Shown one piece after another: positions 29,407 through 37,936 of a stretch of DNA of 64,000 nucleotides (positions are counted from its first letter, which is position 1; each line of letters begins with the position of its first letter). Under the pieces are notes generated by a model. It was not told the origin of the DNA. It worked only from the letters and a program-made list of their open reading frames with translations, and did no database searches. Position numbers and translations under genes: made by a program. Source of the DNA: Eubacteriales bacterium (lineage in GTDB: Bacteria > Bacillota > Clostridia > Oscillospirales > CAG-272); the NCBI GenBank assembly GCA_045612715.1, contig JAZKZP010000115.1:2498-66497 (forward strand). Direction: 5' to 3'.

Positions 29407-29661
29407 TTATATTCCAAGATAATCCTTTAACAATGTTGCAAGAAGCTCATCACGGTCAAGCTTTCTGATGAGTGCGCGAGCATTGTTGTGGTTTGTGATA
29501 TAAGTAGGATCTTCAGAAATAATATATCCAACAATTTGATTGATTGGATTGTAACCCCTTTCACTCAAAGCGTTGTAAATTTCTTGTAGAATTCTTCTTG
29601 TTTCGTCCTCACGTTCGCTGGGAACACGGAACATTTGAGTTTCACAATCTCTTCTTGCCAT
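29407..29661 (-). CDS. ireB: IreB family regulatory phosphoprotein (UPF0297 / YrzL)
   Basis: 84 aa with ..[28 protein letters not shown].. characteristic of UPF0297. Confidence 0.85.
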   Translation of the reverse strand: MARRDCETQMFRVPSEREDETRRILQEIYNALSERGYNPINQIVGYIISEDPTYITNHNNARALIRKLDRDELLATLLKDYLGI

Positions 29662-29697
29662 TTTTGAACTCCTTATTGGTAAAAGTTTTACGAATAT

Positions 29698-29726
29698 ATT
29701 ATATATTATTTTTAATTTTTTTTCAA
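29698..29726 (-). promoter_or_regulatory. Promoter of ireB-ribF-dac operon
   Basis: Minus strand TTGAAA, 17 nt, TATAAT. About 35 nt upstream of the ireB ATG. Confidence 0.6.
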
Positions 29727-29838
29727 TAGTTAAATGAGATTTTTTTGAAAATATTAAAGAAAAATGTTTGTTCGTAAAAAAATAGATAATATTTTAGTTA
29801 AAAAGCAAAATTTTCATTATAAAAATAAAAAAATGATA

Positions 29839-29867
29839 TTGCAAAAACTATGGATTTGTGATATACT
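29839..29867 (+). promoter_or_regulatory. Promoter of uxuA
   Basis: TTGCAA, 17 nt, TGaTATACT. Confidence 0.6.
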
Positions 29868-29899
29868 TAAATCAAGTATGTAGATTGATTTTTATACTT
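29863..29899 (+). promoter_or_regulatory. Candidate operator half-sites at the uxuA promoter
   Basis: ATACTT (29863), AAGTAT (29874) and ATACTT (29894). The first pair forms ATACTT-N5-AAGTAT across the -10 and start site. Confidence 0.35.
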
Positions 29900-29926
29900 A
29901 TAACAAAAAATAGGAGGAAATATTCT

Positions 29927-30970
29927 ATGAAAATGACATTCAGGCATTACGGTCCCAATGATCCCGTAACTCTTGAACAGATTTCTCAAATTCCAGAGAT
30001 GTACTCTATAGTTTCTGCGGTATATGATGTGCCTGCAGGTGGAGTGTGGAGTGAAGAAAGCATTAATGCAATTAAGGCAAGCGCTGAAGCTCATGGATTG
30101 AAATTTGAGGTTGTTGAAAGCGTTCCCGTTCCTGAGGATATTAAACTTGGTAACGAAAAAGCTCCCCAGCTTATTGAAAATTATTGTGAAAATCTCAGAA
30201 GACTTGCAAAGGCAGGTGTTAAGTGCGTTTGCTATAACTTTATGCCCGTTTTTGACTGGCTTAGAAGTGAGCTTGAGCATCAGGCGGAAGATGGTTCTAA
30301 CAGCTTGGCTTATGATGAGCAGACAGTTCTTGCAATGAATCCTCTTGACGGTGGTCTTTCATTGCCCGGTTGGGATGAAAGCTATACACTTGACGGACTT
30401 CGCGATCTTCTCAAGCAGTATGAAGCTATTGATGAAGAACAGCTTTGGAAGAATCTTGAAGCATTCTTGACAAAGGTTATTCCTGTTGCTCACGAGGTTG
30501 GTATTAATATGGCAATTCACCCCGATGACCCGCCGTGGGGAATTTTTGGTCTTCCCAGAATTATTACTTGTGAAGAAAATCTTGAAAGATTTTTAAATAT
30601 TGTTGACCTTCCTGAAAACGGACTCACATTCTGCACAGGTTCTCTTGGTGCTTCCACTGAAAATGACCTTGTAAGAATGAGCGCAAAATTTGCAAAGAGA
30701 ATTCACTTTGCTCATATCCGTAACGTTAAGCATACAGGTCCTCGTCAGTTCCATGAGGTTGCTCATCCTACTGATTGCGGTTCTCTTGATATTTACGGTA
30801 TTATGAAAGCGCTTCACGATAACGGATTTGATGGATATATGCGTCCTGACCATGGAAGAATGATTTGGGGCGAAAAGGGTAGATATGGATATGGTCTTTA
30901 TGACAGAGCTCTTGGTGCAACATATCTTCTTGGCCTTTGGGAAGCAATCGAAAAGGATGCTAAAAACTAA
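29927..30970 (+). CDS. uxuA: Mannonate dehydratase
   Basis: MKMTFRHYGPNDPV.. N-terminus typical of UxuA. ATG 29927 follows AGGAGG. The ORF-track extension from 29858 covers the promoter. Confidence 0.9.
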   Translation: MKMTFRHYGPNDPVTLEQISQIPEMYSIVSAVYDVPAGGVWSEESINAIKASAEAHGLKFEVVESVPVPEDIKLGNEKAPQLIENYCENLRRLAKAGVKCVCYNFMPVFDWLRSELEHQAEDGSNSLAYDEQTVLAMNPLDGGLSLPGWDESYTLDGLRDLLKQYEAIDEEQLWKNLEAFLTKVIPVAHEVGINMAIHPDDPPWGIFGLPRIITCEENLERFLNIVDLPENGLTFCTGSLGASTENDLVRMSAKFAKRIHFAHIRNVKHTGPRQFHEVAHPTDCGSLDIYGIMKALHDNGFDGYMRPDHGRMIWGEKGRYGYGLYDRALGATYLLGLWEAIEKDAKN

Positions 30971-30992
30971 TTTTTAAAACGGAGAAATTAAA

Positions 30993-31817
30993 ATGAATAA
31001 AGTTTGTGTTATTACAGGCGCAGGTGGTATTCTTTGCTCATCCTTCGCTGAAGAAATGGCAAAACAGGGCTATAAGGTAGCTCTTCTTGACCTTAATGAT
31101 GTGGCAGCAGGCGTTGTTGCGGACAGAATTAACGCTAACGGTGGCGTTGCAAAGGCTTATAAGGTAAACTGCCTTGAAAAAGAAAGCATTGAAGCGGCTC
31201 ATGAGGCTATTCTTGCTGATCTTGGTAAGTGCACAATCCTTATCAATGGCGCTGGTGGAAATAGCCCCAGAGCTACAACAGATAAGGAATATTATGAAGT
31301 TGGCGACGAGGATAGAGAAGACATTAAGACATTCTTTAATCTCGACAAGTCCGGTTTTGACTTCGTGTTTAATCTTAATATTATGGGAACACTTCTTCCC
31401 ACTCAGGTTTTTGCAAAGGACATGCTTGGTCAGGAAGGCTGCTCAATTCTTAATATTTCTTCTATGAACGCATATCGTCCTCTTACAAAGATACCTGCAT
31501 ATAGTGCGGCAAAATCAGGCATTTCTAACTTTACACAGTGGCTTGCAGTTCACTTTGCTGGTGCGGGCATTAGAGTAAATGGTATCGCTCCTGGTTTCTT
31601 TGTTACAAATCAGAATAGAGCACTTTTGTTCAATGAAGATGGAACACCCACAGCAAGAACTAATAAGATCCTCAATGCTACTCCTATGAAGCGTTTTGGT
31701 GAATCTGAAGAGCTTTTGGGTACACTTAGATTCCTTACAAATCCGGAAGAATCAGGCTTTGTAACAGGAATTATTATTCCTGTTGACGGTGGTTTCTCCG
31801 CATACTCAGGAGTTTAA
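30993..31817 (+). CDS. SDR family oxidoreductase, likely D-mannonate oxidoreductase (YjmF/UxuB type)
   Basis: TGAGGILC dinucleotide motif and YSAAK catalytic motif. Immediately downstream of uxuA, as with yjmE-yjmF in B. subtilis. Confidence 0.75.
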   Translation: MNKVCVITGAGGILCSSFAEEMAKQGYKVALLDLNDVAAGVVADRINANGGVAKAYKVNCLEKESIEAAHEAILADLGKCTILINGAGGNSPRATTDKEYYEVGDEDREDIKTFFNLDKSGFDFVFNLNIMGTLLPTQVFAKDMLGQEGCSILNISSMNAYRPLTKIPAYSAAKSGISNFTQWLAVHFAGAGIRVNGIAPGFFVTNQNRALLFNEDGTPTARTNKILNATPMKRFGESEELLGTLRFLTNPEESGFVTGIIIPVDGGFSAYSGV

Positions 31818-31824
31818 TACTATA

Positions 31825-31859
31825 AAAAGAAGCAGAGAATTTTTCTCTGCTTCTTTTTT
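31825..31859 (+). terminator. Terminator of uxuA-SDR operon
   Basis: Stem GAAGCAGAGAA/TTCTCTGCTTC followed by T6. Confidence 0.8.
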
Positions 31860-31932
31860 ATTTACTAATTTAAACTTTAGTTTTGGACGATATGAAAATA
31901 TTCATTTTTTTGAATAAAAATACCAATTTTTA

Positions 31933-31961
31933 TTGACTTTTAGTGAGAAATGTATTATAAT
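31933..31961 (+). promoter_or_regulatory. Promoter of the nusB operon
   Basis: TTGACT, 17 nt, TATAAT. Confidence 0.65.
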
Positions 31962-32001
31962 AATTAAGTTAATATTTTTTTAATAAGAAGGAATCTATAT
32001 T

Positions 32002-32409
32002 ATGACAAGAAAAGAACAAAGAGAAGCAGTATTTGAATTGCTTTTTGAAAGAGAATTCCGCCTTGAAGAAAGTGCTGAAGAAATTTTTGCCCTTTCGACA
32101 GAAAATCGTGATATTGATACGATAAAAGAGAAATATATTAAGGATACTTATTTCGGTGTTGTTGAGCATCAGAATGAAATAGATGAACTCATTACTAATG
32201 CTTCTAATGGTTGGAAAGTGTCACGACTTTCTAATGCAACACGCTCAGCAATTCGTTTGTGTGTTTATGAAATGAAATATTGTGACGAGATACCAAGCAC
32301 CGTTTCTATAAACGAAGCACTTGAACTTGTTAAAAAGTTTGATGACCCTAAATCTCGTGCATTTACAAACGGAGTTCTTAATACCATTAAGAATACACTT
32401 GAGTCTTAA
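32002..32409 (+). CDS. nusB: Transcription antitermination factor NusB
   Basis: 135 aa with NusB family sequence (..REAVFELLF.., ..ALELVKKF..). Confidence 0.9.
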   Translation: MTRKEQREAVFELLFEREFRLEESAEEIFALSTENRDIDTIKEKYIKDTYFGVVEHQNEIDELITNASNGWKVSRLSNATRSAIRLCVYEMKYCDEIPSTVSINEALELVKKFDDPKSRAFTNGVLNTIKNTLES

Positions 32410-32410
32410 A

Positions 32411-33361
32411 ATGGATAGAAAAAAAGTTTACCTTGGAATAGATACAAGCAATTATACAACTTCAATTGCTGTGTGTAATGAAGTTGGTGAAATAATAGCC
32501 AATATTAAGAAGCTTTTGGATGTAAAAGAAGGCGAGCGTGGACTTCGTCAAAGTGATGCTGTTTTTGCTCATATTAAAAATTTTCCTTTACTTGCACCTG
32601 CGCTTAAATCAGTTCTTGAGGAATATGATATAAATGGTGTTGGTGTTTCTTGTACTCCAAGAGATAATGCAGGTTCATATATGCCTTGTTTTTTAGCGGG
32701 TAAAGCAACTGCAGAAGTGATTGCTGCAACTCATAAAGTGCCATTGTATGAATTTTCACATCAGGCTGGGCATATTATGGCAGCTTTGTATTCTAGTGGC
32801 AATCTTGAAGATTTGCTTAAAGGGGATTTTATCGCCTTTCACGTTTCCGGTGGTACTACCGAAGCTGTTTATGTAACGCCCAAGGACAATAAATTTGATG
32901 TTCGTATCATCGCTGAAACAGCAGATATAAGCGCAGGACAAGCGATTGACCGAGCAGGCGTAATGATGGGGCTTAAATTTCCTTGTGGAAAAGAAATGGA
33001 GCAACTTGCACAGAAGTACCAAGGCAAATTACCGAAAGCTAAGATATGTGTTAAAAATGGTAAATGTAATCTTTCGGGACTTGAGAATATTGCTCAAAAG
33101 CTTTATGATGAAACAAAAGATGTTTCGTTTGTTTCTGCATACGTGCTTAATTTTGTTGGCGAAACATTATTCAAATTGACTGAAGATATAAGGGTGGAAT
33201 ATCCTAATATTCCGATTCTTTATGCTGGCGGTGTAATGAGTAATAAATATTTGCAAAACAAACTTTTACAATTTTCAGATACATATTTTGCAACTCCTGA
33301 GTTTTCTGCTGACAACGCAGCGGGAATTGCACTTTTAGCTTATAAATCTAACAAAATATAA
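32411..33361 (+). CDS. Divergent TsaD/Kae1 (glycoprotease, ASKHA) family protein
   Basis: 316 aa with GIDTSNYTT, HQAGH, HVSGGTTE, AGGVMSN and SADNAAGIA, which parallel TsaD motifs. ATG 32411 lies 1 nt after the nusB stop. Confidence 0.7.
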   Translation: MDRKKVYLGIDTSNYTTSIAVCNEVGEIIANIKKLLDVKEGERGLRQSDAVFAHIKNFPLLAPALKSVLEEYDINGVGVSCTPRDNAGSYMPCFLAGKATAEVIAATHKVPLYEFSHQAGHIMAALYSSGNLEDLLKGDFIAFHVSGGTTEAVYVTPKDNKFDVRIIAETADISAGQAIDRAGVMMGLKFPCGKEMEQLAQKYQGKLPKAKICVKNGKCNLSGLENIAQKLYDETKDVSFVSAYVLNFVGETLFKLTEDIRVEYPNIPILYAGGVMSNKYLQNKLLQFSDTYFATPEFSADNAAGIALLAYKSNKI

Positions 33362-33373
33362 GGAGTTATGGGT

Positions 33374-34603
33374 ATGGATAATTCAAAAATGATACTTAGT
33401 GTTACTCAGATAAATGAATATATCCGTGCTTTGATAGCTCAAGATGAAGTTTTGTCCATGATTATGGTGCGAGGAGAAATATCAAATCTAACAATACACA
33501 GATCGGGACACATCTATTTTACACTTAAGGACGAAACAAGCGTATTAAAAGCCGTGATGTTTCGTTCGAGCGCGCAAAGAGTTAAATTTGCGCTTAAAGA
33601 GGGAATGAGCGTAATAGTTTACGGTCGAATTTCTCTATATACACCTTCGGGACAATATCAGCTTTATGCTGAAGATATTCAACCCGATGGTATTGGAGCT
33701 TTATATATCGCGTATGAACAGATAAAAGAAAAACTTGCAAAAGAGGGTCTGTTTGATGCTTCGAGAAAGAAGTCGATTCCAAAACTTCCAATGGCAGTTG
33801 GTATTATAACATCGCCAACGGGTGCAGCGATACACGATATGATAAACGTAATGGGAAGAAGATTTCCGTTGTCAAAACTTTTGCTTTATCCAGCTCTCGT
33901 TCAAGGAGATAACGCATATAAAACATTGATTGCGGGAATTGAATATTTTAATCAAGCAAAATCGGTTGATGTTATAATAATTGGACGTGGCGGTGGCTCT
34001 ATGGAGGATCTATGGGCGTTTAATAACGTTGAACTTGCATATGCTATCTCAAAATCTGAAATACCCATTATTTCAGCTGTTGGACACGAAAGTGATTTTA
34101 CTATTTGTGATTTCGTTGCTGATTTGCGTGCTCCAACACCATCAGCTGCAGCTGAATTGGCTGTACCGAATGCACTTACTGTTAGAAATGATATTAATAA
34201 GACTATTACCGATATTGAGAAAAAGCTAATTTCCCAAATACAACAATATAGAAAACAAATAGAAATCTTGTCATCATCTAGAGTATTATCTTCAAAAGAA
34301 GCACTTTTAGATGAGTACAAAATGAAAATAAATTTGTTATCGGATAAACTAGATTCCAACATGCAGGTTGTGATTAAGGATAAAAATCACAATTTGAGTA
34401 TTTTGTGCGCTAAGTTACAAGCGATAAGCCCACTAAATACACTTGCTCGTGGATATGCTATTATTCAAAATGACAATGGAAATGTGACAAGTTCAGTTGA
34501 TAATCTGAATAAAAATGATACTATCAATATTTCGTTTGTTGATGGTCTTGCGAAAGCAACTATAGAAGATATAAAAAAAACGGGAGGATATAAGGATGTC
34601 TAA
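33374..34603 (+). CDS. xseA: Exodeoxyribonuclease VII large subunit
   Basis: N-terminal OB fold plus catalytic domain. The second ATG (33374) sits 8 nt after GGAG. Confidence 0.9.
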   Translation: MDNSKMILSVTQINEYIRALIAQDEVLSMIMVRGEISNLTIHRSGHIYFTLKDETSVLKAVMFRSSAQRVKFALKEGMSVIVYGRISLYTPSGQYQLYAEDIQPDGIGALYIAYEQIKEKLAKEGLFDASRKKSIPKLPMAVGIITSPTGAAIHDMINVMGRRFPLSKLLLYPALVQGDNAYKTLIAGIEYFNQAKSVDVIIIGRGGGSMEDLWAFNNVELAYAISKSEIPIISAVGHESDFTICDFVADLRAPTPSAAAELAVPNALTVRNDINKTITDIEKKLISQIQQYRKQIEILSSSRVLSSKEALLDEYKMKINLLSDKLDSNMQVVIKDKNHNLSILCAKLQAISPLNTLARGYAIIQNDNGNVTSSVDNLNKNDTINISFVDGLAKATIEDIKKTGGYKDV

Positions 34604-34829
34604 AAAAGATAATCTTACATTTGAAAGCGCATCTGCGCGACTTGAAGAAATAGTTAAAATATTAGAACGCGGAAATTCCTCTCTTGATGAATCGCTTAAA
34701 CTATATGAAGAAGGCGTTTTGCTCGTTAGATTTTGCAATGATTCGCTTGACAATGCAGAGAAAAAGATTAAGATGCTTGTCAAAGATGTTAATGGCGAAA
34801 TAGTAGAAAAAGACTTTTTTGAGGAATAA
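34596..34829 (+). CDS. xseB: Exodeoxyribonuclease VII small subunit
   Basis: 77 aa with ..FESASARLEEIVKILE.. Overlaps xseA by 8 nt. Confidence 0.9.
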   Translation: MSKKDNLTFESASARLEEIVKILERGNSSLDESLKLYEEGVLLVRFCNDSLDNAEKKIKMLVKDVNGEIVEKDFFEE

Positions 34830-34831
34830 TA

Positions 34832-35683
34832 ATGTTTGAAAATATCAAAGAAAAGTTGGCGCAAAATTCAATTTTGATTGAGGGGGCGCTTGCTGATTAT
34901 TATGATTTTACCGATAAAGACTACGCATCATTAATTGATGCTCAGCGATATGGTTTGCTTGGTGGTGGAAAACGAATTCGTGCGTTTCTTGTTCTTGAAC
35001 TTTGCAGATTATATGGTGGCGATATTAAAAATGCAATCCCTTATGCTTGTGCCATAGAGATGATACATGCATCGTCTTTGATTCATGATGATATGCCATG
35101 TATGGACGATGATGATATGCGCAGAGGAAAGCCTTCAACACATAAAGCATTTGGTGAAACTCTTGCTTTGATTGCAGGGGATGCAATGTTAGCTAATGCT
35201 TTTGAGGTTGCAATCAACAATCCTTGTTTGGATAGTGTAACAAATGCTAAAGCGGTCGCAATACTTGCTCAAAGCACCGGGAATAGCGGTATGCTTGCAG
35301 GTCAGGCGATTGATACTGTGCGTGGCAAGGATAAGCTTGATTTTGAAACACTTGTGCGACTTCACAAATTAAAAACAGGAAAACTCATTTCTGCTTCAGC
35401 CCAGTTGGGTTGCCTTGCAGCCGGAATTTTTGAAAATGATGAAAAATATCGTGCAGCAGTAAAATATGCAGAAGACATAGGATTGGCTTTTCAAATTATA
35501 GATGATATTCTTGATTATCAAGAGGGGAAAATTGAAATTAATTCATTTGTTTCATTTATGTCCGTTGATGAAGCTAAAGAATATGCAACCAAACTGACGC
35601 AAAGTGGAATTGAATCGATTAGAAACCATGATGATGGTTCATTGATAGAACTTGCCCATTACTTAACTGTAAGGAATTACTGA
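34832..35683 (+). CDS. ispA: Polyprenyl (farnesyl/geranyl) diphosphate synthase
   Basis: Asp-rich motifs DDMPCMDDDDMRRG and DDILD. Confidence 0.88.
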   Translation: MFENIKEKLAQNSILIEGALADYYDFTDKDYASLIDAQRYGLLGGGKRIRAFLVLELCRLYGGDIKNAIPYACAIEMIHASSLIHDDMPCMDDDDMRRGKPSTHKAFGETLALIAGDAMLANAFEVAINNPCLDSVTNAKAVAILAQSTGNSGMLAGQAIDTVRGKDKLDFETLVRLHKLKTGKLISASAQLGCLAAGIFENDEKYRAAVKYAEDIGLAFQIIDDILDYQEGKIEINSFVSFMSVDEAKEYATKLTQSGIESIRNHDDGSLIELAHYLTVRNY

Positions 35684-35684
35684 T

Positions 35685-36464
35685 ATGAGAGCAGATACAT
35701 ACATATTTACTACCGGTAATTCCAAGAGCAGACAAAACGCTAAGACCATGATCGAAAGTGGTAATGTTTTGCTTGATGGAAAGAAAATTTTGAAGCCGTC
35801 TCAGGATATTGATGAAACAATTCAGCACAGCGTTGAAATAATTAACAAACCCAAGTTTGTTAGCCGTGGTGGAGAAAAATTAGATTTTGCTATCGACCAA
35901 TTTGAAATTGACGTTCGTGATTTGGTATGTCTGGACGTTGGAGCATCTACAGGTGGTTTTACCGATTGCTTGCTTCAAAGAGGAGCAAAATTAGTATATG
36001 CTGTTGATTCAGGACATAGTCAGCTTGACCCGAGCATCGAAAGTAATAAAAAGGTTATTTCAATTGAAAAATATAATGCCAAATTTATGCAAGCAGAGGA
36101 TTTTCCGTGTCAATTCGACTTGGTGGTAATGGATGTTTCATTCATTTCTCAAACAATGATGTATAGTGGTATTAATTCAGTTCTTAAAGATAATGGAATT
36201 TTGATCTCACTTATAAAACCACAGTTTGAATGCGGAAAATCTGCATTGAATTCTCACGGTATAGTTAAAAAGTCCAGCTATCATATACAGGCTATAAACA
36301 GAATTATTGATAGTGCGATAATTTCGGGATTTTCATGTATTGACGTTATTCGTTCGCCCATTGAAGGTGGAAGTGGAAACGTTGAATTTTTGATTTGTAT
36401 GCAAAAAACGATGAAATCCGAAAATAGAATTTTTGAAAATAAAATTAAACAAATAACACAATAA
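35685..36464 (+). CDS. tlyA: TlyA family rRNA (cytidine-2'-O)-methyltransferase
   Basis: S4-like N-terminus and FtsJ-type SAM motif LDVGASTGGFTD. Confidence 0.88.
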   Translation: MRADTYIFTTGNSKSRQNAKTMIESGNVLLDGKKILKPSQDIDETIQHSVEIINKPKFVSRGGEKLDFAIDQFEIDVRDLVCLDVGASTGGFTDCLLQRGAKLVYAVDSGHSQLDPSIESNKKVISIEKYNAKFMQAEDFPCQFDLVVMDVSFISQTMMYSGINSVLKDNGILISLIKPQFECGKSALNSHGIVKKSSYHIQAINRIIDSAIISGFSCIDVIRSPIEGGSGNVEFLICMQKTMKSENRIFENKIKQITQ

Positions 36465-36534
36465 ATTACTTATTCTGCGCAAATCGTAACCAGAATTATC
36501 CCGCGTTTCGCAGAAATTGGAAGGAAACAATATT

Positions 36535-37410
36535 ATGAAAAAAATAGCTATCATTACAAATTTTAATATTTATGAGAAGGCAAATGCTGCTCTTAAGGTT
36601 ACAAACTATTTGTTAAAGTTTGGATGCAAAATTTTGGTTTCCCAATATAGCAAAGAAAAAGTTCTTGCAATGAAAAATTATAGGGGGAACGTTTACTTTT
36701 TGCCTATTGAAAAGTTATATGATGAAGCTGATTTAGTTATTGCTCTCGGTGGTGATGGAACCATTCTTGATTGCGCGAAAAAAATGGCGAGAAGAGGGAA
36801 GCCCATATTAGGGATTAATCTTGGACACTTAGGATATATGGCTGAGCTTGAAATGGATGAACTTTCCGCACTTGATAAGATTATTGAGGGGAATTATAGT
36901 TTGGATGAAAGAGCTATGATTAATGTCGAAGTCTTTGATAAGAACGGAACTATGAAATATCAGTCATGTGCTTTAAATGATGCTGTGATTTCCAACGGTT
37001 CAGTATCAAAAATTATAAATCTTGAGTTATATGCTGAAGATAATCTCGTTACTTCATATAGAGCTGACGGTCTTATAGTTTCAACCCCAACAGGTTCTAC
37101 AGCCTATGCTATGAGTGCGGGTGGATCTATTGCAGACCCTAAGGTTAAGTGTATGCTTGTTACACCTATATGTCCTCACTCATTTATTGCTCGACAATTG
37201 ATTTTTTCGGATGATACGCAATTAAAAATAAAAAATGTTTCCGTAAGAGAAAAATCGCTTATGCTAACACTTGATGGAAAATCAAATTGTGAGTTGTTTA
37301 AGGACGATAGCGTTAAATTTACCAAATCAAATCTTACGGTTAAATTGGTTCGATTGAAAGATTGCTCTTTTTACAGCATTCTAAGTCAAAAAATGACGAA
37401 TTATTATTAA
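36535..37410 (+). CDS. nadK: NAD kinase
   Basis: GGDGT motif (ALGGDGTILD). ATG 36535 follows GGAAGGAAA. Confidence 0.9.
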   Translation: MKKIAIITNFNIYEKANAALKVTNYLLKFGCKILVSQYSKEKVLAMKNYRGNVYFLPIEKLYDEADLVIALGGDGTILDCAKKMARRGKPILGINLGHLGYMAELEMDELSALDKIIEGNYSLDERAMINVEVFDKNGTMKYQSCALNDAVISNGSVSKIINLELYAEDNLVTSYRADGLIVSTPTGSTAYAMSAGGSIADPKVKCMLVTPICPHSFIARQLIFSDDTQLKIKNVSVREKSLMLTLDGKSNCELFKDDSVKFTKSNLTVKLVRLKDCSFYSILSQKMTNYY

Positions 37411-37437
37411 AATAAATATTACTTTTAGGAGAATTTT

Positions 37438-37902
37438 ATGAAAAAAGAACGTCAAGAGAAAATAAAAGAAATTATTCTTAATAATAAAATTGACACACAA
37501 GAAGAACTTATCAAAAAGCTCAAAGAAAGTGGATTTGTTGCAACACAAGCAACTATGTCAAGGGATATAAAAGAACTTAAACTTACTAAAATTTCTGATG
37601 GATCAAATGGTTATTATTATGTTTTTCCACATTCCGTTAGAGTAAATGAGATTAATAAGTTTAATGATTCTTTAATTCCTTTGATAATTTCCGTTAACTG
37701 TGCGATGAATATTATAGTTATTAAAACTCATTCGGGAATGGCGCAGGCTGTTGCGACCGGAATTGATAATATTAAGTCTGATGATATTCTTGGCTGTGTA
37801 GCAGGAGATGATACCATTTTCGTTCTTACTGCAAGTGAGGATATAGCTCAAAATATTGGCGCAAAAATCAAAACAATGATGGTTGAAGCAAAGTTAACTT
37901 AA
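37438..37902 (+). CDS. argR: Arginine repressor
   Basis: 154 aa with a winged-helix N-terminus and C-terminal GCVAGDDTIFV motif. Confidence 0.9.
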   Translation: MKKERQEKIKEIILNNKIDTQEELIKKLKESGFVATQATMSRDIKELKLTKISDGSNGYYYVFPHSVRVNEINKFNDSLIPLIISVNCAMNIIVIKTHSGMAQAVATGIDNIKSDDILGCVAGDDTIFVLTASEDIAQNIGAKIKTMMVEAKLT

Positions 37903-37936
37903 TGAATAATATCTTAAATATAGAAAGGTTAAAAAT

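Noticed and set aside
32321-32410. N-terminal extension of the TsaD-like ORF overlapping nusB.
   Set aside because: It lies entirely inside nusB in another frame. ATG 32411 sits 1 nt after the nusB stop and begins the conserved GIDTS region.
36473-36515. Hairpin between tlyA and nadK (TTCTGCG...CGCAGAA plus AAA/TTT).
   Set aside because: It has only 7 continuous base pairs with a bulge and a loop of about 20 nt, and no U-tract. This is too weak to call a regulatory element from sequence alone.
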